Shown here: positions 13,565 to 26,043 of the stretch, in pieces
Layout: each line of letters begins with the position of its first letter
Position numbering within the stretch: position 1 is the stretch's first letter
Assembly: GCA_050084515.1 (NCBI GenBank)
Contig: CM114271.1
Coordinates: 39,246,001 to 39,310,000 of the forward strand
Direction of reading: 5' to 3'
DNA: 64,000 bases
Origin: Blasia pusilla
Lineage: Eukaryota
The notes under the pieces: model-generated
What the model was told of the DNA's origin: nothing
Databases searched by the model: none
The model's input: the letters and a program-made list of their open reading frames with translations, nothing else
Translations under genes and position numbers: made by a program

Positions 13565-15043
13565 TTTTTAGAAGGTTAGGAATTGAAAAGTGACTTGTAG
13601 CAGAAAACTTGGTCTTGCAATTGACGGGAAGCAATCATAGACAGGGGTCTTGAGCTCTACTTGGCAGTGCAATCCAACTTCCATGCATTCTTGGGATTGG
13701 GAATTCACATATGTAGATATATGTGCACTCAAAAGTGCCAAGCAGTAGCTCGACGGGAAAAAGATGTTTCCTGAAATCTTGGTCTGAACTTGAAATGGAT
13801 CAATGGTTCTTTTGTTTGGATATTCGAACAATTTTCATGAAGAGCAATACACACCCCTTGAATCTACCCTGAGCTTCGAGGTGGAAATCAAGGTACAGTC
13901 TCCCCCGGGAAGGGGAGCTAAAAGTCTGTTACTTAGCTTCACTTTCTCCGGCCACATTGACTGACTTAATTGTTTTGCAATTCATCACCTGGATTATTGT
14001 CCAGGTCTTGTACCATTTGTGTTGATAAATTTCACGACGATTCTAACTCTTTGCTCGCAATGGTTGGTCTGTGAAGTTCCATGTAATGAGCAGTTCACCG
14101 AGGAAATTGATTGAATACGTTAAATTATTCCTTGCAAAGATGGAACGTTTTGTGAAGAATTAATACGCTATCATCACGGATTGCTGGCTGTAAACTCGCT
14201 AACTTTTGCGTAACTTTCGATTTATGTGAAGCATGTTACAAACCTCCCCACTTCGAGATTCGAGCGTTCAGTGAAGAACGGTGAACGTTGGGTAAAGTTA
14301 TCGAACCAAACAGTTTTCTCCTGGTAAGGAACTTAACCTAGTATAAGTAATCGCCTCAGCGTAGTTATGTATCAAACGAGATGCTCTCTTCAACAGCACA
14401 GTCGGTTTCTTCATGGGTTGTACACCACTAAGTAGTAAAAGTGCTTCGCTTACTACACAATTATGATTAAAATTAATTGTGATAAGTATCTCTTTTTTAC
14501 AGTAACTTATGTTTAAAAGTGATGATGTTATATGATTGTAAAATGTCAGTTTTGTCACGAGATCATCAAAGAAACTCCCATTTCCGTTTTCTACACAGCC
14601 GCTCACGATGTAGACACATGAAGATGTATGAAGATCCCGTCGAGATTTTTATTTGAAGTAGATGACTTGAAATATATGCTTTTTCTCCGTCTGCAGCCAT
14701 AGTATGATACAACTTGTAACTATCTACAGCCATAGTATTACAATTCCATCGGACATTTCTGTTGTGGTGTTCTCGCTGTATTTGTGCCATATCGGCTTCC
14801 TGCGTTAATAAGCTCCACATTTCTGATAACAGTTTGTTCAACTCCTTGACGTCTGCCGTTTTGGACTTGTCGTAATCGAGTCGTGGTTAAGTTACAATGG
14901 CAATTTCTCACTGTAATTATCCCAATGACGGGCTTCTGAACAATTGCTGGATACTTTTGTCGTGACTTCGCGGAAGGCCATAAAATTTGTGGAAGTCATC
15001 AGCTACCAAAATCGCCCGCTACATCTCTTGGAATGCAATATGT

Positions 15044-18000
15044 TCATAAACCCAGCATAGCCTGCAACTCCCTGTCCCAATGCTCCCTGGCCTCTCTCAA
15101 ACGGTGCCGTCGCTCCTGTGGCAGCCTCTCATTGTAGTAGTCTTCACATCTGTGGAGGAGCCCCAGTGAATTTCAGTACTCCCTATCCAGAGTTTCCTCG
15201 CCTCAGCAGCAACATTCCCCACTTACGGGTCTTATCCAGAGGGGGGATTTGAAGCAAAAGGATCTCATATACATTCTCCACTTACAGATCTTATCCGGAG
15301 GTGCGATTTGAAGCAAACGGGTCTCATGTTTTGACAAGTTCTGATCGTAAATACTAGAAAGGTTTTTTATTTTCATTTTATGTTCTGACGAGTTGTGATA
15401 CTAGATATTAGTAAGGTTTTTAATTTAAGACCTTACAAACATAGTAAGGGAAATAAAAGTTATTATTGTTAGTATGAAGGGAAGGTTTAATGATGCTACA
15501 CAATTTTATTTTTTTTCCGAGTTATCACGGATCAAAGCACCCTAAAGCACCTCCCATACAGATAAAAAAAAAACCATCTCTTATGACGACCACGATATTT
15601 ACGGCCGAATATGTACATGATTCGATACGGAAGTGCGAGATTCTCCTACTTCGCTCAGTCTCGTCTCCGATTCCTATTCCTGTCGCCTAGTATGGACGCA
15701 AGCAAACAACTGAAATACGGATCCGTAAGCAAGTCAGGCGCGAGTCCCAACTCACCTGGTACTTACAAGCGCACCCAACTCCCGTAGTTTCACAGCGTGG
15801 ACGTATACTTCACTCTGCAGTGCACGGAGCCCACATTGTCACAATCTTGGAACTTCCGGTCTACATGACGATACCCCCCTACACCATTCTCTGATTTCAC
15901 GACGGAACCTTCTACTGTTGTGCGACAACTGGTACGGCGCTACAGTGACAGCGGTTTCTTCAGAAAGGTCATGACCCAAAGTGCGCGAAACATGCTGCTC
16001 TCAACCGCATATGTACATGATTCGCACTCCCGAGATCGGCAGTCATAGCGCAGAGGCTCGAATGCTAGCAATTGAGTAGTAGTTAATCTACGAAAGCCAA
16101 TGTCATGCTCGCAAAGCAGTCACTCGCAACCGCAACTTCCATTCGATGCATCATATCATATCACAATCCGAAGACACGCGACTGTATCGACAACTAGCCC
16201 ATGCCTCTGTCCCCCCCGTATGCAGGGGCATCGTCGAGGCGGGCGATGCGGAGGCCAGAGAAGGAAGTGCAAACCTGTCGACACAACGGGCACTTCGCTC
16301 TTCGCTGCGCCGCTTTGGTCCCTTGAAACACCGGAACAAAGGCCGCTGCGCAAGCACAACTCGTGCAAAAGATATGCCCACAACCTAGAGCAACCGGCTC
16401 GAAAACCATCTCCTGCACCACAAAACACACGATCTCCTACCATGAGACGCCTCGCTACAAACCCTGCATCCCTGGCGAATGGAATGCAGCAGTAAGGGAC
16501 ACGATTTTAAAATCAGCATAAGACGAAGGAGAGTCGTAGCGTTCTGGGCCGCATTAGCTGCCCAAGTCGGCAGAATTCTATAGAGCCTATCCTATCTTAA
16601 AAGCTTACGCGTATGCTGAAGTCGGTCGATTTCTTCAGTACACAAGGCACGCGCAAGCGCTCAAGCTTCACGGTACATTTCATGGCAGTAGAGTACCGAA
16701 CCGAGGGAAAATCGCATTATCGGAGGTGGTGAGCGAGGGCTTCGAACATTGAAACAGGGCTGGAGTAAGTACAGGGGAGTCTCGAAATTCGCGAGGGCTC
16801 GAGAGACGATCCGCGAGTTGCAGCGAGGGACATGCTGAGGATGAGGGCGAAGACGACGTACCAAGCATATGGAGCAGGTGAGGCTGAAGTCCAGTCGTAT
16901 CGCGCCGGGCAGCACGCAGGAGAGAGTGTGGTTGGTGTCATCGAACTGACATGTGGAGCACCACTGCGAAAGCCGGTCAGCTTGGCCCGAGGCGTCGGGT
17001 AGCCCCGAGTCCATGAGATTCAAGCCCAGAGCACCCAATTCGACGAGGAACGGCGATCGCAGGAGCTCGGCACGCATGACTACCAAGCGTGACTTGAATG
17101 CACGCCCATTCGCGGATCCGTGTATCTGCCAACACAATTCGGCAACTCGAAGTGAGCTCCGGATCCCAGAAAACCAGAACAACTCTGAATGTAAGTAACT
17201 GCACTCCTCGAGCGGCAGGTCCGGTGATTCGGAGCTCAATGTGGGTTCCGTCAATATGTTCCTAAGACCATAAGGGTGTGGCGGATCCGGTGCAGACAGA
17301 ATCTAGTAGGGTTAGGATCTCCACTATATCTTCGTTCGACACCCGTATCCGTACCCGTACCTATGCCTAGCATGCAAGCTCTACATGACGAGTAGCAAGT
17401 CTGATTCATCCGAGACAGTTTCGTGGAAGAAATCGACGCAGCCGGAATTACCTTGTCGTACTTTTTGAGGATCTTGCGGATGGCTAGTGCGTTCATGCAA
17501 CCGTAGCACACGAGGGTGTTTCCTAGTAGAATCATGGTTGCTGGATCACGACGGATTTTACACCTGAATTGCAGAAGGTACTTGCTAAGGCCTGACGCCA
17601 AGTGAAGACGCAGGAGCTCCTGTGCGCGGGCATTGAAAAATCTCACGATAGCTGAAACTGCCTCGAGGAGGTTTGGAAAGAATTGAGCGTCGCAAGCTGC
17701 AGCAAGACGAAAAAATTGCAACATTTCAATTAAAAGTAGAACCCTTGCAGCATGCACTCTGCAACAGCTTTCAAAGGGAACTTCTCTGCAGAACCTCGAC
17801 TTCTCCAGACCGCCAAGATCTACAACCGCCTCCCGTGCCACGACCGTTGCTGGCCTCATTCAACAACCGCCCGCGGTCCTATCCAGCTGCTAAGATTCTA
17901 GACAAAGCCGTATTATGGACTTTTACGTGCCAGGATTTCGCAAAAGGTTAGGGTTGGGATTCATCAAGCGCGAGCCGGGTAGTCCTCAGTGTTCGACTGC

Positions 18001-19053
18001 TATAGTTTTTAGTATCCCAATTTTGCTGCAGTTTCAATACGAGACGAAAATCTCATGTGCTGCGCTTTCTGGGTCCAGAAGGAAGCTGGTTCAAGGCAAA
18101 CTCGGTTTCAATACCGCATGATCTGCTGCCAAGTCTCTTCGACCGGCCATGATAATTGCGATGTTGCATGCACACATTTCGTCGGAACCGAGCCCATACG
18201 GAAGCACAGCCGGCGTTCTTGACGAAGAGCGCCCGCCGCTCAGCGCTCTGAGCGGCCAGAACGATGTTCGGCTTCCTTCCAGTAGGTCCTGAGGGTTTCT
18301 TCCACCTTCACGAATTGGGACATGAACGACGGGACAAAGCACAGGTGGCTACGGGTCAGACAATGAATCCTTCACGAGCAAGAAGAATGCGTGAGCAGAT
18401 CGAGTATGAATTCCGCCGTCCGAAGGTATGAGAGCAGTCCCACTCCGGCGACTCAAAGCTTCTACCGACGCTAACTAATGCTACGAATCTAACGACGTGC
18501 TGGGAGATGACAAACTGGACTCAGACACGAGTGTCTGAACTCGCGGGTGGTGAAAAGAAAGAGGCCTCTCTTCTTCGTATCCTCGTCATGGTGAGGAACG
18601 AAACGGTCATGAAGAGGAGGGAGGGCAGAGGACCAGCTCCGTGCTGTTGGACGCCGCTGCGGTGGATTGATGATATCGATCACGAATCGCTTTAACGGAC
18701 TCGGGACTGAAAAGCGAGCATCGCAGTCGGTGGGATAAGAAGCGAGGGGGTTGCGAGAAGCTGTTCGGGAGCAGATGGAAAATACCAGGGCAAGACGAAG
18801 AGCCGTCGTCATCGACTGAGCCGCGAGATTCGTGACGCACAACTAGGGTGGAATTGTCCGCCGCTGTGTCACATTCGGAATCGGAGTTTAGCTGTGCCGC
18901 AGACGAGTGCGAGTCGGAAACATTCAGGAGCTCTTGGTGAGGGCACTTCTTCAGGAGCTTCTTGAATCGCCTAAACTCTACGAACGAGCATTCCGGGAGC
19001 AATCGCTGCACCTCGGTCTCCACATAAACGGTGTACTTCTTGCCAAACTTCAT
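15044..19053 (-). CDS. NLA: SPX-RING E3 ubiquitin ligase, NLA/BAH1-like. Exons 19053-18786, 17696-17452, 17125-16862, 16412-16275, 15814-15756, 15149-15044
   Basis: MKFGKKY..FKKLLKKC (SPX start); [63 protein letters not shown]; C-terminus ERLPQERRHRLREAREHWDRELQAMLGL*. GT-AG introns in phase. Confidence 0.9.
15212..15327. repeat. About 59-bp imperfect tandem duplication in the last intron of the SPX-RING gene
   Basis: ACATTCCCCACTTACGGGTCTTATCCAGAGG...GAAGCAAAAGGATCTCAT followed by ACATTCTCCACTTACAGATCTTATCCGGAGG...GAAGCAAACGGGTCTCAT. Confidence 0.8.
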
Positions 19054-20410
19054 GATCTCGTCTCCTCCTCCTCCTGCGAAGCCTTCCAATTCACAGCTGA
19101 GTGATCAGCGACAGAACTTCGGGGAAGTAGTCACGACGGCGCTGGAAAATCTGCGACGCAACCCTCATGTTGCAATCGTGGAGCGAAACCGACTCTCGGG
19201 ATACACCGTCGCCATTTCTCGTCGCTTCGAATTCGGGCGCCCCTCTAAAACCAGAGAGGCATTTCCAACTTCCGGAACCGCAACACAACGACGTGCGTAC
19301 GCACTCCCGACACTCCTTCTCATCCGCCCTCGACCCGAGCGCCCCACAGATGAAGCTTCCGTCCCTCTCCAGCGACCCGATCCTCTACGGCAGTGGCGGA
19401 AACCGACGAGCATGCAAATGCAACTCTGCCACAGCGAAAGTGAGTCAGAAACTTTAAGGCCACGGCCAACGAAGCCCGCGAGCACTAGAAACAACGATCG
19501 CTCTCGACAGCTTCGAAATTCCGCCACATCAGAAACTGCGCACACATCGGCACACAACCCGTCGCGCGCGAGCGCACCCGAGCGAGACTCCTCGCACTTT
19601 CAACCGGCGCTTGGCGACATAATCCCAGCCCGGGCTCTCATTCATCCACCCAGCACTTCTACCACACTCGGCTCGACAAGCCCACCAATCAGGAGGCGCA
19701 GGCGAGCGGCCACAGCGGGAAGAGTTCGGAGGAACCCCCGCGGGAGCCCTGTGGGGAGGACGGGAATAGTTACGGGACCGGTCCCCGCAGTCACCCCGCT
19801 GCCAGCGACGGAAGAATCTCGTCTCGGCTGAATCTCGGGGTGGGCCCGCGCATGTACATTCCCGCCCGCGTCGCAACGCAAGCTCCGACCTTGCGCTTGA
19901 ATAATGTGTCCCGTCTGTCGCGTCACACGGCACGCACTGCCAAAATTAGACGAAGGCTTATCTTCCGTGATTGGACGTCAACCCCGTTCGTGTTGTTTTC
20001 TTCCTCAAGGGAGGCGCGGGCTTATTTACCGCCTGCTTGGAAAAGATAGGGCTTTTTCTTACCTCTGAACCGTTCTAAACGGCCTCTTCATCCCACCAAT
20101 CGGGAGCCGGAGGAGGGACCCGCTTGCTCCTGTCCTAAGGTGGTAACTTGTGGCCCGCCTCTCTGTCGTGTTTTACCGGTTGCTTCTTGTTCGACCACAT
20201 TGTAATGGAGTTTGTCCTTTGGTTGGAGAGCCTCCTTTAGGCGCTTGGAATTAAACGTGTGGGGCCGCCCCATTCGTCTATGGAACCCCTCCTCCCGTAT
20301 TGACACGTGTGGTATGGTCTCTTCCCATATTGACACGTGTAATTTTTAACATAAGGAGTTAACAGGTAATAGACGTCTTTCCCGTAAGCTGATTCATCCG
20401 TGCATAGTGA

Positions 20411-20819
20411 TTCACCCGAGCTATGCACGGGCAAGATGCTAGTATATAGTTACTAGTGCCTGAGCTCCGCACGGGTGAATAACATTTGAACCCGAAGAAA
20501 ACAAAAACGTATTCAAATTTGGTAGACATGTGTCAGAAAGGGAAGCATCTAAAAAGCTTATGTGTCGTCACGGGGGAGGAGTTCTCAAACCCTGTCCTCT
20601 TTTAATAACATAGATTGCAGGAATGACTATATGGATATTGTGCTTTACTTTCCAGTTGTCTTCAAAACTCTTTTATTTTCGAATTGGTTGGTAGGTCTTT
20701 GGAAGACAAAATTGAAAAATATTCTTCAATTTTGGAATCAAATTGAGTTTAGAGTGCCAAACAAACAAAAGTAATGAATGCCACACTTGCGGGAAATTAG
20801 CAGTTAGGCGTTAGCTAGT
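20411..20819. mobile_element. Helitron-like termini: hairpin+CTAGT at 20415-20443, ACTAG+hairpin at 20452-20479, and another CTAGT at 20815-20819
   Basis: CCCGAGC-TAT-GCACGGG-caagatg-CTAGT matches the canonical Helitron 3' hairpin plus CTRR end; a mirror-image copy follows 8 bp later. Confidence 0.45.
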
Positions 20820-21035
20820 TGTCGTGCGCATACACATCGCTACACAACATACATTGTTGTCACCGAACACACACACAAACAAGCACGATCCCAAGCTAAC
20901 TCATGGCATCCCAAGCTAACTCATGACATCCAAACAACGAGACAAGAAGTACCAAAATATCTCCAATAAAATAAGATCCAATCTCTCTCACAACACCATA
21001 GTTCTCACATGTGTGCACTCTCACATGTCTCTCTC

Positions 21036-24000
21036 TGTCGTGCGCCTACTCTCCTTGAACCGTAATCTTGTTGTTGCGGAAGCGTGCGTTCAGTAGGTCA
21101 TGCTCTCAACGTTGATCCGCATCCAAACACGCATTCTGGTTAGTCGGGTCTTGGATCAATCAACGGGCTAACGTTTCGAGTTCTCGTCTCGATCTCTCAT
21201 CAAGCTTGACCTTATTTGTTTCACGGTTTACAACATGGGTAAGTCTCAAAAGACTTGGGACAGACTTTCTGGTCGGTTCAAGAACCTCAAACCGCGTTTC
21301 GTGCTTGGCGGTTCCAACTGTCCGATGGACATCCAATGAGTCCCTAACCGAGACTCGCACGAAGTGAATCTCGGGTTGGAATCCAAGTGTGGCGTACAAA
21401 GTCCACTCCCTTGGATCAGGTTTGGGTTTCGAGTTCCAATGCCAAACTCCCGTTCCATCCCGTGCCTCTGAGACGCTGTTTGGTGCTCAAAGTGGGGATT
21501 CGTGTTCCAAGACATCATGGAGAGACTCCTCCCTTACTAGTATTTCTGGGGATTCGGGGTTCCCTACATTTAGGGAAAGACACCCGGGCCTCTCCAATTG
21601 GCCCTCAACCAGATTGCTCTCACAGTCGTTTTTGGCCACTACGCTTCGTGAGCGTGGAGATGGCATTACTGTCTCACGTTCAGAGAAGATTACAAAGATG
21701 ATGGTGGACGTACCTACCCTTAGAGCCTATGCTTGGGCCGTTTACCTCAAATTCATGGCAAGTTGCGGTTGCTAAGATGGCAGAGATGTCGTTAGACCCG
21801 TAATAGAGTGTATCATGGTTTTTGTGGATATTGTCTTCCTTAATAATATGGGAGAGATCTTCTAGTTGGTTTGTCCAAGGGGAAGAGTGTTTAGTCCGCA
21901 TCGCATCTTGTTGGATTTTTCATGCACCTACTCCTATTGAACGTCAATCTTTAGTATTTCAGAAGCGTACGATTAGTAGATCACGCTTTCCTTATTGATC
22001 TACATCCAAACACACTCATCTTAGCCAGTTTTTGGGTAACCTAGCCACATGTCTCCCCAAGTTCTCATCTCACACTATCCAACAAAATTAAAAATTCCTA
22101 ATCCCTCACTTACAATATGGGCAAGTCTTCCTAGACTTATGACATCCTTCCTATATAGTCCACACACCTAACACATCGCTCATAAGCTCGGCGGTTCCAA
22201 TTTTCCAATGAATCTCGAATGACCCAAGACTCCTTCGAGATTTATTGGAAAGTTGCAACCCAATTTGCAACCGAAACCGAAGAATTTAGTTGTGGCGAGT
22301 ATTAGCCTTGGACATCCTACTGATGAGTCCATGGTGCGAGCCAAGGCGATAGTGATCGATGCCGAGTCCGATGACGTATTGGTTGGAGTAGCAGTGTTGA
22401 ACCGGATGGGATCTTCCCTAGATTTCAAGGAGGAGTGAACATCCTATAGACTAGGATGACAGCTTAGTGATGGGCGACTTAGCTTGTTACCCGTTTGATT
22501 TACGCGTGGAGTGAACGAGCGATGGCCTGGAGAGATGGTGACATTAGCAGCATTCAACACCGCCATCACTTGGCCTAGTGATTTGATTGAGGGTCATGTT
22601 CATACGATGATACCCTTGGACACCAAACCGATTGTATGGCGTATCCTAAAGAAGGGTATTCGAGTGTTGGATCATTATTGCGTCATCAACTATTTTTCTG
22701 GAAGGAGTGCGCGTACAATTGTATTTATATGTTGAGCTTGGTGATGTTCTGAGTCGTGTTTCACTATGACATGTAGCACACTTACGCCTCCGTTTTCTCG
22801 ACTTGTTTTCTGCGTCTGCCGTACAGGGGTACTAGAGTTCCCTACCGAGGGACATTTCATTGCTCGGGGCGTAGGACTTGGAGCAGGTAGGGACTATTGA
22901 TTTGGTCATTGGTGGTTGGCCATGTGAGGGCCACTTGAGTGTTGGACAAGGTAGCGGGTTGGCGATCACTTCTTCATGATATGGAACCCCAAAATTCCTA
23001 ACTATGAAGTCCTTGTAAACTACTTTACGTTTGTACACAAGGAAAATGACACAACTAGTGTTAAACCCTATTCGAGCAGGCCTATTGACATCCATGGATT
23101 GCTATATAAGGACATACAATGTACAATCCCACATCCTTCCGTACGTGACTATATGAAGAATCATTGGAGTTGGAGAGTGCATGACTTGGTTCATGAACGC
23201 CTTCCCAAAGTAATAGACTAGATAACGAGTCAACCAGTGCCTATCTACAAAAAGAATCTTGACATGATACGGATTAAGGAAAGGAAAATCGGTAATAACT
23301 CGTGCTCCACCCCTATCCATAATTGACAAACATTCTCTACGCTCCTCTTGAATGGGGTTTGGCGCATTTGCTCTCTCAAGAGGGGTAATCCACTCTTATT
23401 GGGAAAAGAACAAGCCAAACCATCCACTATTTCTAATATGACTAAACTCCCTTAAGGTGATAAGTCTCACACTCTAAAATCCTCTCGGAGACTAGACCAT
23501 GGTCAAGTTACTCTCCCAAGAGGGATAATCCACTCTCCTTGGAATAGCAAGCAATCCCAAAGCCATCCACTCAAGAGTGACACGAAAAACTCAAGATGTT
23601 AAGTAGAAGGTGATGAACCCTTGAAGGTCCCTCCTCTTCACATACTCACAAGGGATCCACAATAGTACAAAATAGGCTAATCTTATCTTGTGCCACATGG
23701 CTCCCTCTCAAGGCTTAGCCAATCGTATTTTGACACAAGTAGATTACCTCTTATCTCTTCCAAAATATCCTCTTTTACACCCTTCATATCTTCCAAACTA
23801 CCCCACCAACCAAGACTACTTTTGCTTTTGTTTCATTAAAGCACCAACCCCATTATTTTACTTTTCTAATCCAATTTGTATTTTTTAATTTTTTTTCCTA
23901 AAGTTGGGCCCGTGCAAATGAGTCATCCTAAAAAGGTTTAAACATGGGAATTTCATTTTCCTAGACTAATTTACTTAATACTAATAAAACTCTCTTTAAC

Positions 24001-25093
24001 ACTTAATGTTAGAGAAGTTTACGTAATGGGTGATTTTACTATACAACAATGCACAATATTTTCCAATTTTGTGAGTTTCCACGCTTCTTATATATACAAG
24101 GAGGCCGAACCTGACTTGGTTTGGGATGACCAGGTACAGCGGTTGGTGGAGCCCAATGCCGATGAGCGAGAGCGAGCGATGGGATTTCCCAAACGAGTGA
24201 AAGCATTATCGTCACTATTAGAGGCATAATGACAACATATCCTCGATCAATCGATGGACTTAAACTGCTTGAAGTGGATCATCAGCTTAGGAGTAGTTGA
24301 GCAGTGTTGGATGAGATTGCGACATGTCACAATTGTTGTATTGGTAAGCCCCATGCCTATGGAGACGGTTGAGGCAGTGGATAGGGGCGAGACTTGAGGA
24401 GATCGACACACCAAGGGTGATCAGGAAAGACACCCTTGGACTTCTTGGAAAGTTTTGCAGGTACGCCAAGAGATGGTAGCCATATCATCGAGCGTAGTTA
24501 CAGGTACTTATCGTGGACGAGATGAGAGTTTGTAGTTGGCTGCAAGGGAGAAGTTGAGTCATGTTGTTTGAAATGGGTTTCTAGCATAACAACCACCAAT
24601 ACCCACGCCGAAGAGTCCTACCGTGGTCATGATGGAGACTTGGGGGCCAGATATGGGCCCCATGGGCCAATATCTCATTCTGTACTCATGCGTTTGCTGA
24701 GATCTTTTATGCGTTGGAAGCGTCTCAAGATAAGATTTTCAACGCGCCCTTACTTGTTAAAAATTCATCTTGGAGCTAAACGTTATGGTCCAAAACACAG
24801 TCAAATTCCCCAAACGCTGGTGGTGTTCCAAAACGGGTTCTCACCTCTTTGGCAACCAACCTTCCAAGACTCAACTCATCTCAAGTCTTGGCTCACGTTT
24901 GGTCTAGGTTTCTTGGTCGCGACCACTAACGCATGAAACGTACAACTCTGTTCCGCATTTTGTCTCTTGGAATTTTCCAAGAGACCTTTCCAAACGCCTC
25001 TCCAAAGCGCGAACATCGCAGCGTGAGTCCACTTGAGTTCTGAAGTTCCGCTTGGCGCCTATTTGGTGTTGTTTGGTTATGAGGGTCGTGACA
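21036..25093 (-). mobile_element. Solo LTR (Gypsy LTR family A) with 5-bp TSD CTCTC, interrupted by a ~3-kb insert at 21639-24664
   Basis: TGTCGTG...CGTGACA termini; CTCTC at 21031-21035 and 25094-25098; both halves align to the intact solo LTR at 52657-53684. Orientation taken from the PBS next to the related LTR at 27468. Confidence 0.85.
21639..24664 (+). pseudogene. Fragmented protease-DNMT segment of the methyltransferase-carrying Gypsy family (copy 2), broken by unrelated inserts
   Basis: Protease C-terminal half DVLVGVAVLNRMGSSLDF (~22370-22425); KGIRVLD (start of motif I, ~22650-22672); LPRDISLLGA*DLEQVGTIDLVIGGWPCEGHLSVGQGSGL (motifs III-IV, PC at 22920-22925); EPNADERERAMGFP and HILDQSMDLNCLKWI (motifs IX-X, ~24148-24280). 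Collinear with copy 1. Confidence 0.85.
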
Positions 25094-26043
25094 CTCTCAA
25101 TGTCAAACCAAACCCACTCTTCTAATGAGAGGCTTGGGTTACACATACAAGGTAGGCAAGACCATAGCTCCGCCGCCTCATGCCAAGAGGTTCAACAAAG
25201 AGAGAATGAGCTCTCAAGCTATCTCTCCTTGAGGTATACCCCTCCCCTCTCCCAAGCTCTCTCCATGGTAACCTATGCTCCCAAGTCAACTCCTTGGCTC
25301 TTGATTTGATGTAGGAGATCAAGGGCCACTTACCAAAAATATAAAGTCGATCATATACTCAAAATGGTACTTACCTAAAATAATAAGTTCCTCAATATGA
25401 CTCCAAATGAGCGGAAACAAAGGGGAAACCTGCTCTCTCAAGTTTTCCGGGGCTTCAACAAGTCATCCTCGACCTACTGACCATGTCCTCCACTACTCAC
25501 GAAGGCGCTCTACTAGATCTCACATATCTATCCTAAAAACGTGACAGTTGTCGTGCATATACACATTACTACACAACATACATCGTTGTCACCCAACACA
25601 CACACAAACACGCACGATACCATGCCAACTCATGGCATCCAAACAACGAGACAAGAAGTACCAAAATATCTCCAATTGCTCCCCTAGCTGGTGGTTAGGT
25701 CCCTCTAACTCCAGATAGCCATCTATCCCTACCTACCATGACATACATCTCTCAGACGCTAAGAGCAAGAAGGTCGGGTGCTCATGTGGCCCCATCGTTA
25801 GTCACCTTCTTGTCATCCGTGTCATAGACACAAGTTGGAATGTAGAACTACCTACTCTATGTACATATGGGATACATCCATCATCCCTGAGGAACCGTAG
25901 TGAGAGGTGGCGTCAAACATGCCATATGCCATCCTCTCGAACACCCATCACAAACTAGCATAGTGGATGCACCACGGGCGGAACCACACAACATACACCG
26001 CAAGCCTGTAGGAACTATTGCTAAGCTCGGATCAATTGTACCG

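Larger units (their letters stand above)
20820..25676 (+). mobile_element. Repeat family C, copy 1 (LTR-like, about 0.67-kb unit plus a restart of the unit at 25549), split by the solo LTR at 21036-25093
   Basis: Starts TGTCGTGCGCATACACATCG, resumes at 25094 after the CTCTC duplication, reaches GTGACA at 25546 and restarts TGTCGTGCATATACAC at 25549. An inverted homologue lies at 37077-37677. Confidence 0.65.

Noticed and set aside
19031-19831. 266-aa + strand ORF
   Set aside because: Antisense to the GC-rich 5' region of the SPX-RING gene; low complexity.
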